From assembly GCA_963756075.1 (NCBI GenBank), contig CAVWMH010000002.1:583422-647421 (forward strand): a stretch of DNA of 64,000 bases. Direction: 5' to 3'. Shown here in pieces: positions 38,654 to 48,574 of the stretch. A program made the position numbers and the translations under genes. How positions within the stretch are numbered: the stretch's first letter is position 1; the number at the start of each line of letters is the position of its first letter. This DNA is from Candidatus Dormiibacterota bacterium (lineage in GTDB: Bacteria; Chloroflexota; Dormibacteria; Aeolococcales; Aeolococcaceae). The notes below the pieces were generated by a model that saw only the letters and a list, made by a program, of their open reading frames with translations, had not been told where the DNA came from and did not search any database.

Positions 38654-40990
38654 TCAGACGGCGGTGCGGAGGTAGGCGGGGGCAGTGGCCACCCGGAGGG
38701 TCGGAAGGGTTGCGGCCGCCTCGAACTCCTGCGCGGGTACCGGTCTTCCGGTGAAGTAGCCCTGTGCGCGATCACAACCGAGCAGTGCCAGCAACTCGAG
38801 CGTCGCCAGCGTCTCGATACCCTCGGCGACGACCAGCAACCCGAGGGCGTGGCCGAGGTCGATCGTGGCGCGCACCAGCTTCATGTCCTGCTCGCGCCCA
38901 CTCGCGCTCAGCCCACTGATGAAGGTGCGATCAAGCTTCAGCTCGGTGATCGGAAGGCTCCCGAGATACGCGAGTGACGTGAACCCAGACCCGAAGTCAT
39001 CGATGGACACACCGAGCCCGAGACCTCTGAGCTCCTCGATGACGCTCTGAGAGGCAGCGAAATCGCGAATGATCGTGGTCTCGGTGATCTCCAGGATGAG
39101 TGCCGAGGCGGGGACGCGGTGGCGGCGCAGCGCCGCACGGACGACATCGATGAACCCGGGATCCAGCAGGTTGGATGACGACACGTTCACCGACATCGCG
39201 ATGCGGCTGCCCGCGGCACGCCAGACGGCGCACTGGGACAGTGCCTGGTCGAGCACGAGACGCGTCAGCGGTCCCATCAGACCGGCTTCCTCCGCGAGCG
39301 GAAGGAACTCGAGCGGCGGGATCAGACCGAGGCGCGGGTGCGGCCAGCGCACCAATGCCTCGGCGGCAACGGTCTCGCCGTTGCGCAGGTCCAGCTGCGG
39401 CTGATAGTGCAGGACGAGACGCTCACCTTCGACGGCGGCGCGCAGTTCCTCGACAAGCGCGAGACGGTTGCCGCCGTCATCGATGGACGGCGTGTACACC
39501 TCATACGACTGGTGAGTCAGCTTGGCTCGATACATCGCGACGTCGGCACAGCGCATGAGCCCGACGCTGTCCCTCGCGTCGGCGGGCGCCGCGGCGATGC
39601 CGATGCTCGCGCTGATCCGGACGCTCACGCCGTTGAGGATGAACGGCTGCTCGAGCAATGCGGTGAGCCGTCTGGCGAGCCCGGCGGCGTACGACGGGTC
39701 GCTGTCGATGAGCAGGGCCCCGAGCTCGTCGCCGCCGATGCGAACGAGAACGTCGGTCGAGCGCAGCGAGCTTGTGAGCCGAGGGCCGAGCTGTCTCAGC
39801 AGCTCATCGCCGGCTGAGTGTCCGAACGAGTCGTTGATCTCCTTGAAGTGGTCCAGGTCGACGAACAGGAACGCCAGGCCGCGAGGCGGTGTCGACGGAT
39901 CGGCGAGGTCCTCGAAGTACGCGTCGAGCATGGCCGTCAGCTGGCGGCGGTTGCCGAGCCCGGTGAGCTCGTCGGTCACGGCTTGCCGATGGCGTTCCTC
40001 GGTCAGCGCGCGCAGACCGCGTACCGACAGGCCCAGACGAAGCCCGACCACTGCCAGGGTGGCTGTGGCGAGGGCCACCGCGACCAGGATCACCTGCTGC
40101 TGCAGCGCGCCCAGGAAGAGGATCACCAGACCCGCGAGGGCGCCGCACCCCGGCAGGAGGAAGCCCGGGAGCTTGCCCCCCTCGAGCAGCTCGCGACGAC
40201 CCGGGGGCACCCATACCGAGATCGACATCAGGGTGATGGCGATCGGCCACGCGATGCCGTTGAAGACAACTCCGACCTGTTCGGTCGTCCCGAAGAGGTT
40301 GAACGTGTCTCCGACGCCATTCACCGCGCATGCGGTGGCGAAGAGCAGCCAGGGGAGCCGCCGCCCCGGCAGTATCGCGGTCCCGCCGACCACCAGGGCG
40401 AGGAGAAGAACGTCGCCGATCGGATAGACGAGATTGACAGCAAACCCAAACGGATCGCCGCCGAGTGACCGGATGACGGCGTGGAATGCGAACGCCGCGC
40501 AGACGGCCGCAGCGCCGAGGCCCGCGATGGCGCCATCAAGCCACGTCGCGAGGAGCAGCCGTTTGATCTCCTTGCGGAGCATGAGCACGATCGCGGCATA
40601 GGCAAGCGGGTAGAAGCAGACGTAGAAGGCATCCGCAAGTGATGGGGAGCCGACGCTGGCGCCACCCCAGGACTGCCAGGTGAGGACCACGTCGCCGCAG
40701 GCCCAGGCCAGGACGGCACTGCCCAACACCAGAGGAACGGCCTTGCCGGGCAGCCCGCTGAACGCGCGCGCCACGAGAAGGATGCCGAGGATGACCTCAT
40801 ACGCCGCCACGCCCCAGCCGTCAATCCACGGCCAGCTGTCGTCGGAGGAACGCACCATCAGCGAGACGATGTAGGCGGCGAGCAACGTGCCCATGACGGC
40901 GTACACGACCCACAGCGCCCTCGGGGCGCGGCCGGTCGGTCTGAGGAACGTCGGGAGGGTCCGCCTTTCGCGAGGGGCCGCGGAACTCAC
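38654..40990 (-). CDS. membrane sensor with GGDEF and EAL domains (c-di-GMP turnover)
   Basis: About 8-10 N-terminal TM segments. The GGDEF domain has the site reading RIGGDELGAL. The EAL domain has AAEALVRW and DDFGSGFTSL. The ORF is open to 41152; GTG 40990 is preferred, so the start is uncertain. Confidence 0.85.
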   Translation of the reverse strand: MSSAAPRERRTLPTFLRPTGRAPRALWVVYAVMGTLLAAYIVSLMVRSSDDSWPWIDGWGVAAYEVILGILLVARAFSGLPGKAVPLVLGSAVLAWACGDVVLTWQSWGGASVGSPSLADAFYVCFYPLAYAAIVLMLRKEIKRLLLATWLDGAIAGLGAAAVCAAFAFHAVIRSLGGDPFGFAVNLVYPIGDVLLLALVVGGTAILPGRRLPWLLFATACAVNGVGDTFNLFGTTEQVGVVFNGIAWPIAITLMSISVWVPPGRRELLEGGKLPGFLLPGCGALAGLVILFLGALQQQVILVAVALATATLAVVGLRLGLSVRGLRALTEERHRQAVTDELTGLGNRRQLTAMLDAYFEDLADPSTPPRGLAFLFVDLDHFKEINDSFGHSAGDELLRQLGPRLTSSLRSTDVLVRIGGDELGALLIDSDPSYAAGLARRLTALLEQPFILNGVSVRISASIGIAAAPADARDSVGLMRCADVAMYRAKLTHQSYEVYTPSIDDGGNRLALVEELRAAVEGERLVLHYQPQLDLRNGETVAAEALVRWPHPRLGLIPPLEFLPLAEEAGLMGPLTRLVLDQALSQCAVWRAAGSRIAMSVNVSSSNLLDPGFIDVVRAALRRHRVPASALILEITETTIIRDFAASQSVIEELRGLGLGVSIDDFGSGFTSLAYLGSLPITELKLDRTFISGLSASGREQDMKLVRATIDLGHALGLLVVAEGIETLATLELLALLGCDRAQGYFTGRPVPAQEFEAAATLPTLRVATAPAYLRTAV

Positions 40991-41111
40991 CGGAGCAGCT
41001 TTGCCGATCTCGTGTTGAATTCCGGTTGCGTCTGTGGAACGACAATGACCTCGGGCCGCAAAAAGACTGGCTGATCCGCCCGCCGGATCCGCAATCGCGA
41101 GGAGGCAAAGG

Positions 41112-41594
41112 ATGCCCGTAGATGGTCGGGTGGAGGTTGGCATCATCGCCACCGAAGCCCAGGTGCCGCGGCTTCTCCCCCTGATGCGGGCCTACTGCGA
41201 CTTCTACCGGGTGCGACCCTCCGACACCGCGCTCCTGTCCATGTCGCGCGCGCTGATCGCCGATCCGACCCGCGAGGGGGTGCAGCTGATCGCGACTGAC
41301 GGCGGCCAGGATGTCGGATTCGCGACGATCTTCTGGAGCTGGGAGACTTCGTCAGCGAGCCGGATCGGCATCATGAACGACCTGTTTGTGATCGCGAGTT
41401 CCAGGGGGCGTGGTGTCGGGTCCGCGCTTGTCAACGCCTGTCTCGACCGCTGCCGGGAGCACGGTGCGATACGCATGACCTGGCAGACGGCCGTCGACAA
41501 CGTGACCGCGCAGGCCGTCTACGACCGTATCGGTGCCACCCGCGAGACGTGGGTCGACTACTGGCTCGATACCGGTATCACACCAACCGCCTGA
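41112..41594 (+). CDS. GNAT family N-acetyltransferase
   Basis: 160 aa with the acetyl-CoA motif ...IASSRGRGVGSALVNAC.... Confidence 0.8.
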   Translation: MPVDGRVEVGIIATEAQVPRLLPLMRAYCDFYRVRPSDTALLSMSRALIADPTREGVQLIATDGGQDVGFATIFWSWETSSASRIGIMNDLFVIASSRGRGVGSALVNACLDRCREHGAIRMTWQTAVDNVTAQAVYDRIGATRETWVDYWLDTGITPTA

Positions 41595-41626
41595 TCCGGG
41601 CCGGAGCATGCGGAGCCGGGCGAAGC

Positions 41627-42223
41627 CTATTTCTTGGCGGCCTGGTAGTAGGGATTCGCGCCCTGCGCGTGATCCGTGGTGTCACGTACCTCGGTGATCT
41701 GCGGGAAACGCTCGAGGATCGCCACGCGAACCCCCTGGCCGAGGGTGACCTCCGCCATCCCGCAGCCCTGGCAGCCGCCGCCCATGTGGATGAACGCAAT
41801 GCCGTCGCTGACATCGAGCAGATCAATGTAGCCGCCGTGGGTGGCAACCGAGGGATTGATCTCATCGTCGAGGAGCCGCTGAACGTCGCGTGCAAGGTCG
41901 TCGAGCCAGAGCGGGTTGGGATTGTCGACGGTGAGTGCGCCACGCGATCGATCGGCGTCGATGGTGATGCCGTCGAGGTAGGGCGCCGACGCGAGCGGCA
42001 TCGTGAACCGGACGCCGTCAGATCCCAACACCACGAGGTCGCCATCGCGCTCATCGCCGGCATTCACCAGCGACAGCTCATAGCTGAAGGCGCCGTCGTG
42101 CCGGCCGGTGATGGCGATACGCACACCTGCATCCGGTTGTTTGCGATTGGCACGCACCTGCTCGATGCGGGTCAGAGCAAACGCAGTGAGCGCGATTCTC
42201 GGCTCCTTCACGGCGCTCTCCAT
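41627..42223 (-). CDS. nfuA: NfuA-like Fe-S cluster carrier (degenerate A-type domain plus Nfu domain)
   Basis: Starts at ATG 42223 (MESAVKEPRIALT...). The C-terminal Nfu domain has ...INPSVATHGGYIDLLDV...HMGGGCQGCGMAEVTL.... The upstream 179 codons of the ORF track are R/S-rich and rejected. Confidence 0.8.
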   Translation of the reverse strand: MESAVKEPRIALTAFALTRIEQVRANRKQPDAGVRIAITGRHDGAFSYELSLVNAGDERDGDLVVLGSDGVRFTMPLASAPYLDGITIDADRSRGALTVDNPNPLWLDDLARDVQRLLDDEINPSVATHGGYIDLLDVSDGIAFIHMGGGCQGCGMAEVTLGQGVRVAILERFPQITEVRDTTDHAQGANPYYQAAKK

Positions 42224-42260
42224 GGTACGTCCGCGTGAATCCCGCGCGTAGGCTGATCGA

Positions 42261-43511
42261 ATGCCGCGGGTGATGCTCGTCCTGCCGACCGAGACATATC
42301 GGGCAACGGCTTTTCTGCAAGCCGCCGAGGCGCTCGGCCTGGCGGTCGTGGTCGCGTCCAACGAGGCGCCGACGCTGGCAGCACTGATGGAAGGGCGCGT
42401 GTTGACGCTCGACCTTCGCCACCCCGCGGAGTCGGCGGAGCGTGCGCTTGACTTCGCAAGACGGTGGCCGGTTGACGCCGTGATCGGCGTGGACGAAGGG
42501 TCCGTCATCACGGCGGCCACCATCGCGGAACGCCTCGGCCTGCCACAGCGGAATCCGGTGCAGGCCGTCCAGGCGACGCGCGACAAACGGCTGCTGCGCA
42601 GCCGTCTTGCCGGCGCCGGTTTGCCGCAGCCCCGCTTTACCGCAATCGACGTCGACGCCGGCGACCAATCACTCGATTCGGCGATCGAGCACACCGGGCT
42701 ACCGTGCGTGATCAAGCCGGTGGATCTCGCTGCGAGTCGAGGTGTGATTCGCGCCGACAACCGCGCTGCCGCACATGCCGCGGTGCAGCGGATCGCGACG
42801 CTGACTCGCGAGGTCTGCGCAGATGGATCGACGCCCCCGCTGCTCGTCGAGAGCTACGTCGACGGTGTCGAGATCGCGCTCGAAGCCCTTGTGCGCCAAG
42901 GCTTTCTCGAGGTGATCGCTCTGTTCGACAAGCCGGATCCGCTGACCGGTCCCTTCTTCGAGGAGACCATCTACGTGACGCCGTCGCGCCTCGATGACGC
43001 GACGCAACTCGCTGTTGTCGAAGCGGTACGCAGGGCGGTCGCCGCGCTCGGACTCAGGGAGGGACCAATCCATGCGGAAGTACGCGTCGCCGGTGATGTC
43101 CCTGTGGTCATCGAGGTCGCGGCGCGCTCGATCGGTGGCCTCTGCTCGCAGGTCATCCAGGTTGTCTGCTCCGATGCGCCGGGCGAGATTCGGTCTCTGG
43201 AGAACGTCATCCTGCGCGAGGCGTGCGGGATGCCGTTGGGCGCGGTGCGCATGGTCGACGGCGCGTCAGGCGTGTTCATGTTGCCGATACCCGTTGCGGG
43301 GATCCTGCGCGGAGTCCAGGGGGTCGATCGCGCCGAGGCCGTCGCGGGTATCACCGGGGTGACCATCTCGATACCGATCGGCGAGCGGGTGCGCCCGCTC
43401 CCCGAAGGAGACCGATATCTCGGTTTCGTCTTCGCCCGTGGCGATACGCCGGGGGCCGTCGAGGCCTCCTTGCGACAGGCGCAGGCGCAGCTCGGCCTCG
43501 ACATTGCGTAA
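42261..43511 (+). CDS. ATP-grasp domain protein (carboxylate-amine ligase type, substrate unknown)
   Basis: 416 aa with ...DKRLLRSRLAGAGLPQP..., ...PCVIKPVDLAASRGV..., ...ESYVDGVEIALEAL..., ...GPIHAEVRV...IEVAARSIGG. Confidence 0.7.
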   Translation: MPRVMLVLPTETYRATAFLQAAEALGLAVVVASNEAPTLAALMEGRVLTLDLRHPAESAERALDFARRWPVDAVIGVDEGSVITAATIAERLGLPQRNPVQAVQATRDKRLLRSRLAGAGLPQPRFTAIDVDAGDQSLDSAIEHTGLPCVIKPVDLAASRGVIRADNRAAAHAAVQRIATLTREVCADGSTPPLLVESYVDGVEIALEALVRQGFLEVIALFDKPDPLTGPFFEETIYVTPSRLDDATQLAVVEAVRRAVAALGLREGPIHAEVRVAGDVPVVIEVAARSIGGLCSQVIQVVCSDAPGEIRSLENVILREACGMPLGAVRMVDGASGVFMLPIPVAGILRGVQGVDRAEAVAGITGVTISIPIGERVRPLPEGDRYLGFVFARGDTPGAVEASLRQAQAQLGLDIA

Positions 43512-43548
43512 GTGGGTCAGCGCGGCATATCCCGACGCGGCGTGAGAG

Positions 43549-43619
43549 TGCCCCCTGGAGGAATCGAACCTCCCTCAACCGGTTAAAAGCCGGCTGCTCT
43601 ACCGATGAGCTAAGGGGGC
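43549..43619 (-). tRNA. tRNA-Lys (anticodon UUU), CCA not encoded
   Basis: Minus strand GCCCCCTTAGCTCATCGGTAGAGCAGCCGGCTTTTAACCGGTTGAGGGAGGTTCGATTCCTCCAGGGGGCA folds as: 7-bp acceptor, GCTC/GAGC D-stem, GCCGG/CCGGT anticodon stem, loop CTTTTAA, and T-arm GGAGG-TTCGATT-CCTCC. Confidence 0.93.
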
Positions 43620-43644
43620 CGGACCCAGGATTGTATTGCCGCCC

Positions 43645-44400
43645 ATGCGGCACGCCCTACCATCGGCATCTGTGACCGACGAGATTCCAGGGTTCCCCGA
43701 GCGTTTCCCCGTTCGCGACGACGGCCTCCGAAGCTGGCGCTACAAGGCGGTCTCGCTCATCTGCCGAGCCTCGCTTCGGGGATTCTTCGGCCGCGGGCTC
43801 CAGCTCGATTCGATGTCGAAGTTTCCCGCCGAGGGGCCATTGCTGGTCGTGTGCAATCACTTGAGCAACATCGACCCGTGGATCTTCGGCGGCTTCGCGC
43901 CGGGGGCTCTGTACTGCATGTCGAAGCGCGAGCTGTTCAGCAACCCGGTCGTGTCGTGGATTCTCGCCGGCTGCAACTGCTTCCCGGTCGACCGCGGCGC
44001 CGCCGATCGCCGAGCCCTGCGCACCGCCCTCGACGTGCTGTCGCGCCGTGGGCGCCTGCTCATCTTTCTGGAGGGCACCCGCTCGGCCACGCCGGGAATG
44101 CGACGCGCCGAAGCCGGGGTCGGCTTCCTGGCGCGACGTTCAGGGGCGTCGATCCTGCCCGTCGGCGTCTGGGGCACCGAGGCGGCGCTTCCTCGGGGTC
44201 ACAGGCTGCCCCGGCGTGTACCCATCCGGCTCAGGCTGGGTCCTGTCTTTCAGCTGCCGGAGCGACTGCCCGGGGAGCGGCGTGACGACCAGGCGGTCGC
44301 CGATCTCATCGGGTCGAGAATCGCCGAACTCCTTCCCCCCGCCTATCGCGGGGTCTACGCCGCCGTCGACAAGCAGGAGGCGATCCCCCGGGTCGGATAG
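43645..44400 (+). CDS. plsC: 1-acyl-sn-glycerol-3-phosphate acyltransferase
   Basis: NHLSNIDP (HX4D) and FLEGTRS motifs. ATG 43645 is chosen; TTG 43636 is also possible. Confidence 0.85.
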   Translation: MRHALPSASVTDEIPGFPERFPVRDDGLRSWRYKAVSLICRASLRGFFGRGLQLDSMSKFPAEGPLLVVCNHLSNIDPWIFGGFAPGALYCMSKRELFSNPVVSWILAGCNCFPVDRGAADRRALRTALDVLSRRGRLLIFLEGTRSATPGMRRAEAGVGFLARRSGASILPVGVWGTEAALPRGHRLPRRVPIRLRLGPVFQLPERLPGERRDDQAVADLIGSRIAELLPPAYRGVYAAVDKQEAIPRVG

Positions 44401-44413
44401 CCCGGAGCGGCGG

Positions 44414-45789
44414 TCAGCGTCCTCGGCGGCTCGCGGCGGGCTTGCCGCGATTCGACTTCGCCGGCCCGGCGCTGGGACGTTTGGCGGCTGCCGGCCGAAC
44501 GGGTCTGGGCGGCGCAGCCTTGCGGACAGGCTTCTTTGCGGGCACGGGCTTCGCCTTCACGGCACGCTTGGGCGCCGGCTTCGCGCTGGATTTCGCGGCG
44601 GATTTGGCGCTGGACTTGGCCACCGCTTTGGCACCGGATTTCGTCACCGGTTTGGCGCTGGTCTTCGCGGCGGGTTTGCCGCTCGACTTGGCCACTGGTC
44701 TGGCGTTCGATTTCGCCGTCGGTCGCGTGGCAGCCGGCCTCGCCGAGGTCTTCTTTGTCGGGGTGGTCCTGGCTGCCGATTTCGGCTTGGGGGCGCTCGG
44801 AGGCTTCACCTTCGCGCTGGACTTGGAGCCCGCTCCGGACTTGGCCCTGGCGGCCGGGGTGGCCTTGACGGCGGGCTTGGCCTTCACCGAGGCCTTCGGC
44901 GCGGGTTTGGCGACGGGCTTCGCCTTGGTCGCGGCCGCGGCCTTGACCGCTGCCGCGGTCTTCGTCACAGGCTTGGCCTTGGGCGCCGCGGCGACCTTGA
45001 CCGCGGGCTTCGATTTCGACGGAGCAGGGGAGGTGACCGTAGTCGTTCTCGACGGCGTTTTCGCCTGTGCCGGTTTGACCGGGGCGGGTTTGGTGGCGGT
45101 TGGACGCTGTGGGGCGGGAGCCGGAACCCCGACAGGCTGCTCGGCGCGCTTTGCGGTGTCGCCGTCGGCTTGGGTGGAGCGGGCGCGACGGCGGCGGGCT
45201 TCGGTTCCGGCTCGACCGCCGCCGGCGCGACCGCCCCGTTGGCCGCCGGCCGTGGCCCTCGATCGCCGACGCGCACCGGCTCTACCATGAGCTGGGTCAG
45301 TTCGGCGTGGCGCTCCGGCGTTTCCGCGGTCTCGAGGCACGTGAAGGCCACCACTTCCTTGGTGTCCGAGTGTCTGTCGAATCGCACGATCGCCGTCTGG
45401 CTCAGGACCGTCTCGACAATCCCTCTCGAGCCGACCGGGTAATCGCCGATCGAGGTACCGGTGCGAGGCCTGGTGTTCGACGTGAGGATCACTCGCTCGC
45501 CGACGCCGAAGGGTGGCGGCGGCTCCTCGCGAGCGCCGGGTGGCCGTCCGGGTGTCGGCGAGGGACGGGGCACCGGCGCGACGACGACTGGAGCCGCGAC
45601 CGCAACGACCTCCTCCTCCTCGTCATCCTCGTCGTCATCGTCGTCGACCTCCACGACGACTCCGATCTCGATCTCGATCTCATCGGTGTCGTCGAGTTCG
45701 ACGGCGTCAGCTTCGAGCACCTCGGGGACCGCGGCCTCTGGTTCGTCCTGCTCGGCGTCGACGGTGGGGTCGGCTGGCTCTTTGGGCAT
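44414..45789 (-). pseudogene. protein with acidic N-terminus, small conserved-looking core and a roughly 250-aa Ala/Lys/Pro-rich histone-H1-like tail; the two halves are in different frames (-1 break at about 45100-45200)
   Basis: Frame A (from ATG 45789) reads MPKEPADPTVDAEQDEPE...DDDDDEDDEEEE...ERVILTSNTRPRTGTSIGDYPVGSRGIVETVLSQTAIVRFDRHSDTKEVVAFTCLE..., then degenerates to an R-rich tail. Frame B reads ...KPAPVKPAQAK...KSKPAVKVAAAPKAKPVTK...AKSSAKSAAKSSAKPAPKRAVKAKP...* to 44414 with no usable start of its own. Confidence 0.6.
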
Positions 45790-45822
45790 TCAGGCTCGTA
45801 TGTGATGGATCGGTAGACTGGG

Positions 45823-47361
45823 GTGCAGATGATCGCGCGATCCAGAGCGATCCCGCTGTCGCACCATACCCAGCAGCGGCTCCTTGAAATCCTCCCGGGC
45901 GCCCTCACATGGTTCGCTCTGCTCGTCCCGGTGGTCGCCGCGTTCGCGATCAGGCTCAACGATCCCGGGATGCTATGGATCCTCGGCGTCGGTGCGGTTC
46001 TCCTGGATGCCTACTGGCTGGTCAGGACCACGGTGACCGTTCGAGGGGTGCGCAGGACGCTGAAAGCGCTGAATGCGACCGAGGCTGTCGATTGGTGGCA
46101 ACGCTGCGAGGAGTTCGAGGCGGAACTGCCCGAGGGTGCGCCGGCCCCGTCCGAGGTGGTGCAGTGCGCGCTCATCCCAACGTACACGGAGTCGTATGAG
46201 GTGCTGCGCGCGACCGTTGCCGCGCTCGCCGCGCAGAACTACCCGGAACATCTCCGCGTCTGCGCGATCATCACCCGCGAGACGGACACCGGCGGCATCG
46301 AGAACGTGGCGAGACTGCGCACCGAGTTCGCAGCATCGTTTCGTCTGTTCCTGCACATCAAGGACCCATTGCTTCCTGGAATCGTGGTCGGGAAGTCGGC
46401 TGCAATGGCCTACGGCGGCCCGGTGCTCAAGGCGGCGTGTGACGAGCTGGGCCTCGATCCTGCGCGCACGATGGTGACCGACCTCGATTCCGACTTCCGC
46501 CTGCACCCGCAGTACTTCGCATACATCACGCTGCAGTTCTGCACGGCCGAGGATCGACTCGTGTCGATCTGGCAGCCCGTTCCTGTGTTTCTCAACAACA
46601 TCTGGCGGGTTCCCACCGCCGTGCGCGTGATGGCGACTGCCGCAACCCAGTGGCAGATGTTTCTGCACCAGAACCCGCACCGCCTGGTCATGTTCTCCTC
46701 GTACTCGATGTCCCTCGACCTGCTCGCCGGCGTCGGCTACTGGGACTCGGACGTGATTCCCGAGGACTCGCGATTCTTCTGGAAGGCCTTCTTCCACACC
46801 GGCGGCAAGCTGAACACGAGGCCCGCCTTCCTGCCCGTGTACGGCGACGCACCACGCGCGCGAACCTATACGGCGACGCACAAATCGCAGTACAACCAGA
46901 TCAAGCGATGGGCGTGGGGAGCGACCGATATCCCTTATGTCACATCACGAATGCTGAGTCACCCCGAGATCCCGTGGCGGGTGCGGGCGCGCCGGTTCTC
47001 GAATCTCATCTTCAACCACCTGACCTGGGCAACGCTGCCGATCCTGCTGTTCTTCGGAGGCGCACTTCCGGCCTTCATCGACCTTGACTACAGCCTCTCG
47101 TCAACCTCGACCTTCCTCGGCAGCCTCAGCGCGAGCATTCTCACGATCACGCTCCTGAACACGCTGCTCCTCGTGCAGGTCGACTACCGGATCTGCCCCA
47201 AGCCGAAGGAATGGCCATGGTGGCGCAGACGCTGGGCGGAGTTGCAGCTCTTCACGTACCCGGTGGTGGGACTGGCGCTCAGCGTTATCCCCGCGCTCGA
47301 GGCACAGACCCGGCTGATGTTCGGCGCGTACCTCGAGTATCACGTCACGGAGAAGGGGTAG
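45823..47361 (+). CDS. membrane-embedded family-2 glycosyltransferase (processive synthase-like)
   Basis: 512 aa. N- and C-terminal TM segments flank a GT-A domain with ALIPTYTESYEVL...QNYP, DLDSDF and a QxxRW-like QIKRWAWG. Confidence 0.7.
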   Translation: MQMIARSRAIPLSHHTQQRLLEILPGALTWFALLVPVVAAFAIRLNDPGMLWILGVGAVLLDAYWLVRTTVTVRGVRRTLKALNATEAVDWWQRCEEFEAELPEGAPAPSEVVQCALIPTYTESYEVLRATVAALAAQNYPEHLRVCAIITRETDTGGIENVARLRTEFAASFRLFLHIKDPLLPGIVVGKSAAMAYGGPVLKAACDELGLDPARTMVTDLDSDFRLHPQYFAYITLQFCTAEDRLVSIWQPVPVFLNNIWRVPTAVRVMATAATQWQMFLHQNPHRLVMFSSYSMSLDLLAGVGYWDSDVIPEDSRFFWKAFFHTGGKLNTRPAFLPVYGDAPRARTYTATHKSQYNQIKRWAWGATDIPYVTSRMLSHPEIPWRVRARRFSNLIFNHLTWATLPILLFFGGALPAFIDLDYSLSSTSTFLGSLSASILTITLLNTLLLVQVDYRICPKPKEWPWWRRRWAELQLFTYPVVGLALSVIPALEAQTRLMFGAYLEYHVTEKG

Positions 47362-47373
47362 GGCGCGACGCGG

Positions 47374-48492
47374 TCAGCGCCCGAGCACAGATCGATAGAT
47401 CGCGTGGGTCATCTCGGCGGCGCGACGCCAGGTGAACGTCGCGGCCCATGCACGCCCGGCGGATCGCTGCTGCTCGCGTGCCGGCGCGTCGTCGAGGATG
47501 TTGTTGATCGCGTCGGCCATCGCGCCCGCGTCGCCGTCGGGCACGATCGATGCGGCACCGCCGCTCACCTCGCGGAGTGAGGAGTTGTCGAAGACCACCG
47601 CCGGGGTGCCGCACGCCATCGCCTCCAGCGGTGGCAGACCGAAGCCCTCATATGCGGACGTGAACACGAACACGGTTGCCGCCGTGTACAGCGCGATGAG
47701 GTCGTCGCTGCTGACGTGCCCGATCACGCGACTGTGCTCGGCAAGCCCAGCACGGGCCAGTTCGCCGGTCACTGCTCCGGCAAACGTGCCCTGGTCACCG
47801 GCGATCACCACTTCGATGTCATGGTCGCGACGGACGCGGCGGACCACGTCGGCGAGCAGCGCGATGCGCTTGCGAGGGTCGAAGGTGCCGACGGCAAGCA
47901 GGAACGGTCGGTCCAGCCGCAGCTTGTCACGAAGGCGCCGCACCGCCTCGGCGGTGGCGGGTTGGAAGATCGGCGATATTCCCTCGGGGATTACCGCGAT
48001 CCGCTCCGCATCCGTCTTCGAGAAGCGGAGCACATCGCGCCGCGTGGCTTCGGAAACCGTGATCACAGCATCGGCACGACGAAGCAGGCGCAACCCGAGC
48101 ACGCGCGCTCGGCGGACCCACGGGTACTCCCGCGGCATCACGAACGGAATCAGGTCGTGGACCGTGACCACAACCGGGAGCCGCGAGCGCACCGGCTGAC
48201 CGAACTCGATCGCGTGATAGAGGTCGGCGTTCGAACCGCGCAGCGCGTTCGCCACCAGGAGCGTGTCGGCGATCGGCTGGAGCGTCGGGTGGATGACCCG
48301 GATCCGGCGCGGCGCCGGCCGGAGCGCGGAGCTCACCTCCGCCGGAGGCTCCTGGTGCGCGGAGAGCAGCAGACTGACCTCGGGCGGGTCGGCAAGCTCA
48401 CGAAACCCGGCCAGGAGGCCGCGCTCATAGCTTCCGATCCCGCGTACGGAGGAAGCTCCCTGGAGCGGCCGTCCGTCCATGACCACCCTCAT
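47374..48492 (-). CDS. glycosyltransferase family 4 (GT-B, group 1)
   Basis: 372 aa with ...VHDLIPF..., ...LLAVGTFDPRKR... and the EX7E region SAYEGFGLPPLEAMACGTPAVV. Confidence 0.88.
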   Translation of the reverse strand: MRVVMDGRPLQGASSVRGIGSYERGLLAGFRELADPPEVSLLLSAHQEPPAEVSSALRPAPRRIRVIHPTLQPIADTLLVANALRGSNADLYHAIEFGQPVRSRLPVVVTVHDLIPFVMPREYPWVRRARVLGLRLLRRADAVITVSEATRRDVLRFSKTDAERIAVIPEGISPIFQPATAEAVRRLRDKLRLDRPFLLAVGTFDPRKRIALLADVVRRVRRDHDIEVVIAGDQGTFAGAVTGELARAGLAEHSRVIGHVSSDDLIALYTAATVFVFTSAYEGFGLPPLEAMACGTPAVVFDNSSLREVSGGAASIVPDGDAGAMADAINNILDDAPAREQQRSAGRAWAATFTWRRAAEMTHAIYRSVLGR

Positions 48493-48574
48493 GTCGGCGG
48501 GCTCGGTGGGGAGGGCACGGCCACAGAGTCTGTCGGATAGACTGGCTCCGGTGACGATTCAAGAGCGGGACGTG

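Noticed and set aside
43512-43640. tRNA-Lys as an integration hotspot or genomic island border.
   Set aside because: There is no integrase or recombinase, no direct repeat of the tRNA 3' end, and no mobile genes within several kb on either side. The flanking genes (ATP-grasp, plsC) look like ordinary chromosomal genes.
45655-45690. Short tandem DNA repeats (GATCTC x3 at about 45661-45680) and the degenerate periodic repeats in 44440-45050.
   Set aside because: They simply encode the low-complexity EIEIEI and AKxxAK protein segments of the acidic/basic protein. There is no spacer/repeat architecture, so this is not a CRISPR array or satellite.
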